Assembly (NCBI GenBank): GCA_053919585.1
Contig: CM132787.1
Direction: 5' to 3' (one strand)
DNA: 64,000 bases
Source: Euprymna scolopes
Taxonomy: Eukaryota
The position numbers and the translations under genes were made by a program. Position 1 is the stretch's first letter, and each line of letters begins with the position of its first letter. Below are positions 23,212-35,600 of this stretch, one piece after another. The notes beneath the pieces are model-generated. The model made no database searches. It was not told where the DNA came from and saw only the letters and a program-made list of their open reading frames with translations.

Positions 23212-23543
23212 TATATTGTATATTTAGGCAGTATTTTTTCATTTAAGCAAATATTATTAAATGCAAAGAAGATACTTTGCTTTATGATTCTTTTTTTTAA
23301 TTTTTCGATTTTCCGTATAATCTTTTTTGTATCAAAATAAAAAATATTAATAAAAGTTTCATAGTTCTTGCTGTCACGAGCGCTTTCGATTCGTCCACGA
23401 ATCATCTTCATGTGTTGAAGTAAAATTGCGAAGAAGCGAAAATGAGAATTAAAAGTGAAAACTAAAATATACGGTAAATGGCGTTAGATGATGATAAGAG
23501 ATATAGTCGATGAAAAGTCGATTAAAATTATAGGTCGATTAAA
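23208..23543 (-). mobile_element. Second PLE family: solo pseudo-LTR/tail fragment with hammerhead and ORF N-terminus, between two (TA)n tracts
   Basis: The hammerhead is followed by KKIIRKIEKLKKRIIKQSIFFAFNNICLNEKILPKYT, which resembles the PLE ORF N-terminal motif (F...CL...LLPK), and ends abruptly in (TA)n. Confidence 0.7.
23375..23414 (-). ncRNA. Minimal hammerhead ribozyme motif (core variant ATGAAGA)
   Basis: Minus strand: CAC-ATGAAGA-T-GATTCGT gg ACGAATC-GAAA-GCGC-TC-GTG; stem I CAC/GTG, palindromic AGCGCT stem III. Confidence 0.8.
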
Positions 23544-23738
23544 TATATATATATATGTGTGTGTGTGTGTGTTTGTTTCTGTGGAAATATGATTTTATCA
23601 ATTATATTTCACTTTATATATATATAAATCCTTAATTTTAGAAGCTCAATGTGATTAGAAGAACTGTAAGTGTCAACGGAAGTAAGGAAATAAATTGTAA
23701 GATAGTCAACATCATAAAATTTAGAATGTAGACTTTTC

Positions 23739-23742
<4 letters not shown>

Positions 23743-23802
<60 letters not shown>
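23743..23802. repeat. (TA)n microsatellite
   Basis: Directly visible. Confidence 0.95.
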
Positions 23803-23805
<3 letters not shown>

Positions 23806-24219
23806 TTTAGTAGTTATATTTAAATTCTGAAAAAACAACATATAGACACATATATTCGAATTAAGAATTTATTGTTTTACAAAAGGATTATATATAAGGG
23901 GTTATGTTGATTTCCTTAATCCATGGATTTTCAATAATGGCTCATATCATCAAAGGAAATGAAATGTGGTTAACAAAATGTTCAGCTGTGAATAGACACT
24001 TATTTTGCTTTTCAGCACAAATATTGAAAATAGTTTTTTATGTGGAAAATGATAATTATATGGAAATAATTATTAAATAACTTTATTGAAAATCCATGGA
24101 TTAAGGAAATCAACATAACCCCTTCTATATATTCCTTTGTCAAACAATAAATTCTTAATTCGAATATATGTGTCTATATGTTTTTTCAGAATTTAAATAT
24201 AACCACTAAACTTATATAT
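23797..24219. repeat. ~140-bp inverted repeat (23797-23937 / 24083-24219)
   Basis: The arms are reverse complements with scattered mismatches and a ~145-bp spacer, abutting (TA)n. Confidence 0.88.
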
Positions 24220-25231
24220 TGCTCTATGCTTAAATATTGAGCTTCTCCTTTTTGGCTAGGATCGCCCTGAAAGTATTACTTCAAGTAATATCTATCAGAT
24301 TCTTTCATCTGATTTCGTTTCTCTGACTTTGTCTTTGTTTATGCTTTTATATTTAAAATTCTGTCGGTTGGAATTACGGTTGGGCGATGGCAGAAGTGCG
24401 TCGCTGGCTTTTCTCTCTCTTCTATCTGACTGTCTTTGTTTTGACTTGTTTTATATTTAGAATTCCGTTGGTTGGAATTACTGTTTTCATTTATTTTGAT
24501 AGTTTTCTTCTATTGTATTATGTTTTGTGTTTTTAGCATTTCCAATCCAGAGTTACATATTTCTTGCATTGTTTCATGATCTGGATTCTTTGATTGGAAT
24601 GTAAGATTGACGTATGACAAAAAAAAAAATGTAGGGTTGACGTCATCGCCAACATTCTGATTTACATTTGGTTTTGCCTGGATCCAATACTGCATGTATG
24701 TATTACATTGCGGGGTTCTGTATATAACTTGGAGGTGTGTATTGCGAGTGTATATAAAACAGGTATGTATAAACGAGTGGACCATATATAGTCGTCTATG
24801 TAATGTTCGTTGCATCGTATAAAATGTTCTTTTAATGAATGTGTGTATACGGAGTGTATATACGTTTGTATATACGTGTCACAATCATCTGTAAGACGTG
24901 TGTGTATGCCGGACGTTCGTCTATGACCGTCCAGCGTTGTGATCGTCTAATTTAGAGTTCGTTGTGCGTATATGTACAGCTAATTACAGTTTATAACGGA
25001 ACAAGAATATACATAAATACCTTTACAACACAAAGAACAAATAATATTTATTTGAGCTTTCAACATCTGACCAAACGGCAACATATCTGGTCCATCTTGG
25101 GTCTTGTCTTGACGGAAAGCTGCAATGAAAATTGTCCCCAAGAAAATAACAGAATCTCACATTTTCTTTTCGGCAACTTTATATTCCAGAGTGTTTTTCC
25201 CCTTTTGGAAAGTTGCAACGCTGATTCTGAC

Positions 25232-26330
25232 TTTTTTTTTTTACATAGGCATCACCACTTACTAAGGCCCAGAGGCCATTCAAGGATAAGGATTAAAGAG
25301 TGTAGTAGTCAATTGGACAATATAGTAATTGTTAATAATAATAATTGTTAAGGGTTAAAGAGTATATAGTAGTCAATTGGACAATATAGTAATAGTGTTA
25401 ATAATGGAAATTCGGTAAATTGGTTAACAAGTGGAACGGCTCATCTAGAACTTGTTTACGTTGGACTTGAAGACAGTCATATTGTAGTCAGCTGGAAGCC
25501 AGGTAAACGGAAGACAGTTCCACAAATGTGCAGTTCTAAGAAAGAAACTTTGTTCATGGAATCTATGTTTAGGTTTAGGCACAGATAAAGAGTGGCGAAA
25601 TTATTGCTAGTGTTTTCAGTTAGATGAGTGCTTCTTGTGAAAGTTTGGTGAAGAGAGACCATAGATTGGAGCTCAGACAAGCACTTGCCATGAAAATAAG
25701 GATAAAGCAGAGACAAACTCGAATTTCTTCTGTGATAAAAAGGTTGCACGGAAAAGAAAAAGGCATTCCCGACGAGGCTATGAAGTCTATTTTGAACCCT
25801 ATCAAGGCAGGATAAGTCCTTTCTAGCAGCTCCTGCCCAGATATGGCAACAGTACTCCATCCTTGGACGTACCTGGCTCTTATATAGATAGAGAATTGCA
25901 TCAGCAGTGAGATATCTACTGGATCGATAGAAGAATCACACTATTTTTACAGTAACCTTGGCAACAGATTGGATGTATGTGTTCCATTTCAGATCAGGAG
26001 TAAAGGTCAAGCCCAAAAGCTTGTCAAAACATGAAGCCTATCCAAGACGAGAGCCATTCATTTAAATTGATACCAGATGGGGATCAGAGTAATGATGATT
26101 TAAAGATAGAAGCTTGGTTTTAAATGCATTAAAAGCAACCAACCACCTCTTTCCCCACTGTACCATGTGCTCAAGATCAGAGGAGAAAGAATCAGAGAGA
26201 ACTTGGTCTTTTATGGTCTTTGATGTGCTACAATAGTTGCTAGTATCGTCAGCATAAATGTCTACGAATGATGAAAGGATGTGATTTGGAAGATCATTAA
26301 TGTAGATCAGGAAGAGAGTTGGGCCCAATC
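25232..26330 (-). mobile_element. CR1/L2-group LINE 3' fragment including part of the RT domain
   Basis: LGPTLFLIYINDLP..IYADDT..WLVAFNAFKTK, MEYCCHIWAGA, 3' UTR with a short internal duplication, T-tract at 25232-25242; frameshifts present. Confidence 0.92.
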
Positions 26331-26643
26331 CTTGCTATGACGTAATTCAACTCACATCTTTTAACATGTGACTTTTGCATCACGTTTTACAAACTGAATT
26401 TATTGTTTATGTATTTGACATTAATCTTCATTTGTTTATTGTTTCTAAAATCCCGACTGCATTTCAAAACGTATAAACATCATTTGCCCTTCATTTTATT
26501 TATTGCAGACTATCATCCTCATCTTTTAGTTGTTGTTTCACGACGTTCCGGCAAACTATTCCTCTGGCCTTTGTCAGGTCGTGCTGAGGATGCAGTTAGA
26601 AGATTCAGAGTTCCTATCCTGTTGCGCTAACCACCTGAGACAG

Positions 26644-29600
26644 AGAAATCAAGACTCTCCTAGAAACGTCCCCACGACACGGAGAAATCAAGACTCTTCT
26701 AGAAACGTCCCCACAACACGGAGAAATCAAGGCTCCCCTAGAAACACCCCCACAACACGGAGAAATCAAGACTCTCCTAGAAACGTCCCCACAACACGGA
26801 GAAATCAAGACTCTCCTAGAAACTTCCCCACAACACGGAGAAATCAAGGCTCCCCTAGAAACATCCCCACAACACGGAAAAATCAAGACACTTCTAGAAA
26901 TACCCCCACAACACGGAGAAATCAAGGCTCCCCTAGAAACACCCCCATAACGCGGAAACATCAAGACTCTCCTAGAAACGTCCCCACAACACGGAGAAAT
27001 CAAAACTCTTCTAGAAACGTCCCCACAACACGGAGAAATCAAGACTCCCCCAGAAAAACCCCCACAACACGGAGAAATCAAGATTCTCCTAGAAATGTCC
27101 CCACAACACGGAGAAATCAAGACTTTCCTAGAAACGTCCCCACAACACGGAGAAATCAAGGCTCCCCTAGAAACATCCCCACAACACAGAGCAATCAAGA
27201 CTTCTCTAGAAACGTCCCCACAACACGGAGAAATCAAGACTCTCCTAGAAACACCCCCACACCACGGAGAAATCAAGACTCTCCTAGAAACGTCCCCACA
27301 ACACGGAGAAATACAAGACTCTCTTAGAAACACCCCCACAACACGGAGAAATCAAGACTCTCCTAGAAACACCCCCACAACACGGAGAAATCAAGACGTT
27401 TCTAGAAACACGCCCACAACACGGAGAAATCAAGGCTCCCCTAGAAACACCCACACAACACGGAGAAATCAATACTCTCCTAGAAACGTCCCCACAACAG
27501 GGAGAAATCAAGACTCCCCTAGAAACTACCCCAACAACACGGAGAAATCAAGACTCCCCTAGAAACAACCCCCACAACCTGGAGAAATCAAGACTCCCCT
27601 AGAATCGTCCTCACAACACGGAGAAATCAAGACTCTCCTAGAAACGTCGCCACAACACGGAGAAATCAAGACTCCCTTAGAAACAACCCCCACAACACGG
27701 AGAAATCAAGACTCCCCTAGAAACGACCTCACAACACAGAGAAATCAAGACTCTTCTAGAAACGTCCCCACAACACGGAGAAATCAAGACTCCCCTAGAA
27801 ACGTCACCACAACACGGAGAAATCAAGACTCTTCTACAAAACTTCCCCACAACACGGAGAAATCAAGACTCTTCTAGATACAACCCCCACAACACGGAGA
27901 AATCAAGACTCCCCTAGAAACAACCCCAACAACACGGAGAAATCAAGACTCCCCTAGAAACGTCCTCACAACACAGAGAAATCAAGACTCTTCTAGAAAC
28001 GTCCCCACAACACGGAGAAATCAAGACTCCCCTAGAAACAACCTCCACAACACGGAGAAATCAAGACTCTTCTAGAAACGTCCCCACAACACGGAGAAAT
28101 CAATACTCCCCTAGAAACGTCACCACAACACGGAGAAATCAAGACTCCCCAAGAAACACCCCCACAACACGGTGAAATCAAGACTCCCCTAGAAACACCA
28201 CTACAACACGGAGAAATCAAGACTCCCCTAGAAACAACCCCCACAACACGGAGAAATCAAGACTCCCCTAGAAACGTCCTCACAACACAGAGAAATCAAG
28301 ACTCTTCTAGAAACGTCCCCACAACACGGAGAAATCAAGACTCCCCTAGAAACAACCCCCACAACACGGAGAAATCAAGACTCTTCTAGAAACGTCCCCA
28401 CAACACGGAGAAATCAATACTCCCCTAGAAACGTCACCACAACACGGAGAAATCAAGACCCCCCTAGAAACACCACTACAACACGGTGAAATCAAGACTC
28501 CCCTAGAAACACCCCCACAACACGGAGAGATCAAGACTCCCCTAGAAACACCACTACAACACGGAGAAATCAATACTCTCCTAGAAACGTCCCCACAACA
28601 CGGAGAAATCAAGACCCCCCTAGAAACACCACTACAACACGGAGAAATCAATACTCTCCTAGAAACGTCCCCACAACACGGAGAAATCAAGACTCCCCTA
28701 GAAACACCACTACAACACGGTGAAATCAAGACTCCCCTAGAAACACCCCCACAACACGGAGAGATCAAGACTCCCCTAGAAACACCACTACAACACGGAG
28801 AAATCAATACTCTCCTAGAAACGTCCCCACAACACGGAGAAATCAAGACTCCCCTAGAAACACCACTACAACACGGTGAAATCAAGACTCCCCTAGAAAC
28901 ACCACTACAACACGGAGAAATCAATACTCTCCTAGAAACGTCCCCACAACACGGAGAAATCAAGACTCCCCTAGATACACCACTACAACACGGTGAAATC
29001 AAGACTCCCCTAGAAACACCCCCACAACACGGAGAGATCAAGACTCCCCTAGAAACACCACTACAACACGGAGAAATCAATACTCTCCTAGAAACGTCCC
29101 CACAACACGGAGAAATCAAGACTCCCCTAGAAACACCACTACAACACGGAGAAATCAAGACTCCCCTAGAAACACCACTACAACACGGAGAAATCAATAC
29201 TCTCCTAGAAACGTCCCCACAACACGGAGAAATCAAGACTCCCCTAGAAACACCACTACAACACGGTGAAATCAAGACTCCCCTAGAAACACCCCCACAA
29301 CACGGAGAAATCAAGACTCCCCTAGAAACACCACTACAACACGGAGAAATAAATACTCTCCTAGAAACGTCCGCACAACACGGAGAAATCAAGACTCCCC
29401 TAGAAACACCACTACAACACGGAGAAATCAAGACTCCCCTAGAAACACCACTACAACACGGAGAAATCAATACTCTCCTAGAAACGTCCCCACAACACGG
29501 AGAAATCAAGACTCCCCTAGAAACACCACTACAACACGGAGAAATCAAGACTCCCCTAGAAACACCACTACAACACGGAGAAATCAATACTCTCCTAGAA

Positions 29601-32600
29601 ACGTCCCCACAACACGGAGAAATCAAGACTCCCCTAGAAACACCACTACAACACGGTGAAATCAAGACTCCCCTAGAAACACCCCCACAACACGGAGAAA
29701 TCAAGACTCCCCTAGAAACACCACTACAACACGGAGAAATCAATACTCTCCTAGAAACGTCCCCACAACACGGAGAAATCAAGACTCCCCTAGAAACACC
29801 ACTACAACACGGAGAAATCAAGACTCCCCTAGAAACACCCCCACAACACGGAGAAATCAAGACTCCCCTAGAAACACCACTACAACACGGTGAAATCAAG
29901 ACTCCCCTAGAAACACCCCCACAACACGGAGAAATCAAGACTCCCCTAGAAACACCACTACAACACGGAGAAATCAATACTCTCCTAGAAACGTCCCCAC
30001 AACACGGAGAAATCAAGACTCCCCTAGAAACACCACTACGACACGGAGAAATCAAGACTCCCCTAGAAACACCACTACAACACGGAGAAATCAATACTCT
30101 CCTAGAAACGTCCCCACAACACGGAGAAATCAAGACTCCCCTAGAAACACCTCTACAACACGGAGAAATCAATACTCTCCTAGAAACGTCCCCACAACAC
30201 GGAGAAATCAAGACTCCCCTAGAAACACCACTACAACACGGAGAAATCAATACTCTCCTAGAAACACCCCCACAACACGGAGAAATCAAGACTCTCCTAG
30301 AAACGTCCCCACAACACGGAGAAATCAATACTCTCCTAGAAACGTCCCCACAACACGGAGAAATCAAGACTCTTCTAGAAACGTCCCCACAACACGGAGA
30401 AATAAAGACTCCCCTAGAAACACCACTACAACACGGAGAAATCAAGACTCCCCTAGAAACACCACTACAACACGGAGAAATCAATACTCTCCTAGAAACG
30501 TCCCCACAACACGGAGAAATCAAGACTCCCCTAGAAACACCACTACAACACGGTGAAATCAAGACTCCCCTAGAAACACCCCCACAACACGGAGAAATCA
30601 AGACTCCCCTAGAAACACCACTACAACACGGAGAAATCAATACTCTCCTAGAAACGTCCCCACAACACGGAGAAATCAAGACTCCCCTAGAAACACCACT
30701 ACAACACGGAGAAATCAAGACTCCCCTAGAAACACCACTACAACACGGAGAAATCAATACTCTCCTAGAAACGTCCCCACAACACGGAGAAATCAAGACT
30801 CCCCTAGAAACACCACTACAACACGGAGAAATCAATACTCTCCTAGAAACGTCCCCACAACACGGAGAAATCAAGACTCCCCTAGAAACACCACTACAAC
30901 ACGGAGAAATCAATACTCTCCTAGAAACACCCCCACAACACGGAGAAATCAAGACTCTCCTAGAAACGTCCCCACAACACGGAGAAATCAATACTCTCCT
31001 AGAAACGTCCCCACAACACGGAGAAATCAAGACTCCCCTAGAAACACCACTACAACACGGAGAAATCAATACTCTCCTAGAAACGTCCCCACAACACGGA
31101 GAAATCAATACTCTCCTAGAAACACCCCCACAACACGGAGAAATCAAGACTCCCCTAGAAACACTACTACAACACGGAGAAATCAAGACTCTCCTAGAAA
31201 CGTCCCCACAACACGGAGAAATCAATACTCTCCTAGAAACGTCCCCACAACACGGAGAGATCAAGACTCCTCTAGAAACACCACTAAAACACGGAGAAAT
31301 CAATACTCTCCTAGAAACGTCCCCACAACACGGAGAAATCAAGACTCCCCTAGAAACACCACTACAACACGGAGAAATCAATACTCTCCTAGAAACACCC
31401 CCACAACACGGAGAAATCAAGACTCTCCTAGAAACGTCCCCACAACACGGAGAAATCAAGACTCCCCTAGAAACACCACTACAACACGGAGAAATCAATA
31501 CTCTCCTAGAAACGTCCCCACAACACGGAGAAATCAATACTCTCCTAGAAACACCCCCACAACACGGAGAAATCAAGACTCTCCTAGAAACGTCCCCACA
31601 ACACGGAGAAATCAAGACTCCCCTAGAAACACCACTACAACACGGAGAAATCAATACTCTCCTAGAAACGTCCCCACAACACGGAGAAATCAATACTCTC
31701 CTAGAAACACCACTACAACACGGAGAAATCAAGACTCTCCTAGAAACGTCCCCACAACACGGAGAAATCAAGACTCCCCTAGAAACACCACTACAACACG
31801 GAGAAATCAATACTCTCCTAGAAACGTCCCCACAACACGGAGAAATCAATACTCTCCTAGAAACACCCCCACAACACGGAGAAATCAAGACTCTCCTAGA
31901 AACGTCCCCACAACACGGAGAAATCAATACTCTCCTAGAAACGTCCCCACAACACGGAGAAATCAAGACTCCCCTAGAAACACCACTACAACACGGAGAA
32001 ATCAATACTCTCCTAGAAACGTCCCCACAACACGGAGAAATAAAGACTCCCCTAGAAACACCACTACAACACGGAGAAATCAAGACTCTCCTAGAAACAC
32101 CCCCACAACACGGAGAAATCAAGACTCTCCTAGAAACGTCCCCACAACACGGAGAAATCAATACTCTCCTAGAAACGTCCCCACAACACGGAGAAATCAA
32201 GACTCCCCTAGAAACACCACTACAACACGGAGAAATCAATACTCTCCTAGAAACGTCCCCACAACACGGAGAAATCAATACTCTCCTAGAAACACCCCCA
32301 CAACACGGAGAAATCAAGACTCTCCTAGAAACGTCCCCACAACACGGAGAAATCAATACTCTCCTAGAAACGTCCCCACAACACGGAGAAATCAATACTC
32401 TCCTAGAAACACCCCCACAACACGGAGAAATCAATACTCTCCTAGAAACACCCCCACAACACGGAGAAATCAATACTCTCCTAGAAACACCCCCACAACA
32501 CGGAGAAATCAAGACTCTCCTAGAAACGTCCCCACAACACGGAGAAATCAATACTCTCCTAGAAACACCCCCACAACACGGAGAAATCAAGACTCTCCTA

Positions 32601-35600
32601 GAAACGTCCCCACAACACGGAGAAATCAATACTCTCCTAGAAACGTCCCCACAACACGGAGAAATCAAGACTCCCCTAGAAACACCACTACAACACGGAG
32701 AAATCAATACTCTCCTAGAAACGTCCCCACAACACGGAGAAATCAATACTCTCCTAGAAACACCCCCACAACACGGAGAAATCAAGACTCTCCTAGAAAC
32801 GTCCCCACAACACGGAGAAATCAATACTCTCCTAGAAACACCCCCACAACACGGAGAAATCAAGACTCTCCTAGAAACGTCCCCACAACACGGAGAAATC
32901 AATACTCTCCTAGAAACGTCCCCACAACACGGAGAAATCAATACTCTCCTAGAAACACCCCCACAACACGGAGAAATCAAGACTCTCCTAGAAACGTCCC
33001 CACAACACGGAGAAATCAATACTCTCCTAGAAACGTCCCCACAACACGGAGAAATCAATACTCTCCTAGAAACACCCCCACAACACGGAGAAATCAAGAC
33101 TCTCCTAGAAACGTCCCCACAACACGGAGAAATCAAGACTCTCCTAGAAACGTCCCCACAACACGGAGAAATCAATACTCTCCTAGAAACACCCCCACAA
33201 CACGGAGAAATCAAGACTCTCCTAGAAACGTCCCCACAACACGGAGAAATCAATACTCTCCTAGAAACACCCCCACAACACGGAGAAATCAAGACTCTCC
33301 TAGAAACGTCCCCACAACACGGAGAAATCAATACTCTCCTAGAAACGTCCCCACAACACGGAGAAATCAATACTCTCCTAGAAACACCCCCACAACACGG
33401 AGAAATCAAGACTCTCCTAGAAACGTCCCCACAACACGGAGAAATCAAGACTCTCCTAGAAACGTCCCCACAACACGGAGAAATCAAGACTCTCCTAGAA
33501 ACACCCCCACAACACGGAGAAATCAAGACTCTCCTAGAAACGTCCCCACAACACGGAGAAATCAAGACTCTCCTAGAAACACCCCCACAACACGGAGAAA
33601 TCAAGACTCTCCTAGAAACGTCCCCACAACACGGAGAAATCAATACTCTCCTAGAAACGTCCCCACAACACGGAGAAATCAATACTCTCCTAGAAACACC
33701 CCCACAACACGGAGAAATCAAGACTCTCCTAGAAACGTCCCCACAACACGGAGAAATCAAGACTCTCCTAGAAACGTCCCCACAACACGGAGAAATCAAT
33801 ACTCTCCTAGAAACACCCCCACAACACGGAGAAATCAAGACTCTCCTAGAAACGTCCCCACAACACGGAGAAATCAATACTCTCCTAGAAACACCCCCAC
33901 AACACGGAGAAATCAAGACTCTCCTAGAAACGTCCCCACAACACGGAGAAATCAATACTCTCCTAGAAACACCCCCACAACACGGAGAAATCAAGACTCT
34001 CCTAGAAACGTCCCCACAACACGGAGAAATCAATACTCTCCTAGAAACGTCCCCACAACACGGAGAAATCAATACTCTCCTAGAAACACCCCCACAACAC
34101 GGAGAAATCAAGACTCTCCTAGAAACGTCCCCACAACACGGAGAAATCAAGACTCTCCTAGAAACGTCCCCACAACACGGAGAAATCAATACTCTCCTAG
34201 AAACACCCCCACAACACGGAGAAATCAAGACTCTCCTAGAAACGTCCCCACAACACGGAGAAATCAAGACTCTCCTAGAAACACCCCCACAACACGGAGA
34301 AATCAAGACTCTCCTAGAAACGTCCCCACAACACGGAGAAATCAATACTCTCCTAGAAACGTCCCCACAACACGGAGAAATCAATACTCTCCTAGAAACA
34401 CCCCCACAACACGGAGAAATCAAGACTCTCCTAGAAACGTCCCCACAACACGGAGAAATCAAGACTCTCCTAGAAACGTCCCCACAACACGGAGAAATCA
34501 ATACTCTCCTAGAAACACCCCCACAACACGGAGAAATCAAGACTCTCCTAGAAACGTCCCCACAACACGGAGAAATCAATACTCTCCTAGAAACACCCCC
34601 ACAACACGGAGAAATCAAGACTCTCCTAGAAACGTCCCCACAACACGGAGAAATCAATACTCTCCTAGAAACGTCCCCACAACACGGAGAAATCAAGACT
34701 CCCCTAGAAACACCACTACAACACGGAGAAATCAATACTCTCCTAGAAACGTCCCCACAACACGGAGAAATCAATACTCTCCTAGAAACACCCCCACAAC
34801 ACGGAGAAATCAAGACTCTCCTAGAAACGTCCCCACAACACGGAGAAATCAATACTCTCCTAGAAACGTCCCCACAACACGGAGAAATCAATACTCTCCT
34901 AGAAACACCCCCACAACACGGAGAAATCAATACTCTCCTAGAAACACCCCCACAACACGGAGAAATCAATACTCTCCTAGAAACACCCCCACAACACGGA
35001 GAAATCAAGACTCTCCTAGAAACGTCCCCACAACACGGAGAAATCAATACTCTCCTAGAAACACCCCCACAACACGGAGAAATCAAGACTCTCCTAGAAA
35101 CGTCCCCACAACACGGAGAAATCAATACTCTCCTAGAAACGTCCCCACAACACGGAGAAATCAAGACTCCCCTAGAAACACCACTACAACACGGAGAAAT
35201 CAATACTCTCCTAGAAACGTCCCCACAACACGGAGAAATCAAGACTCCCCTAGAAACACCACTACAACACGGAGAAATCAAGACTCCCCTAGAAACACCA
35301 CTACAACACGGAGAAATCAATACTCTCCTAGAAACGTCCCCACAACACGGAGAAATCAAGACTCCCCTAGAAACACCACTACAACACGGAGAAATCAATA
35401 CTCTCCTAGAAACACCCCCCACAACACGGAGAAATCAATACTCTCCTAGAAACACCCCCACAACACGGAGAAATCAAGACTCTCCTAGAAACGTCCCCAC
35501 AACACGGAGAAATCAAGACTCTCCTAGAAACGTCCCCACAACACGGAGAAATCAATACTCTCCTAGAAACACCCCCACAACACGGAGAAATCAATACTCT

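Noticed and set aside
24267-24298. Fourth hammerhead
   Set aside because: A hairpin and CTGA are present, but neither strand has a proper CUGANGA..GAAA core.
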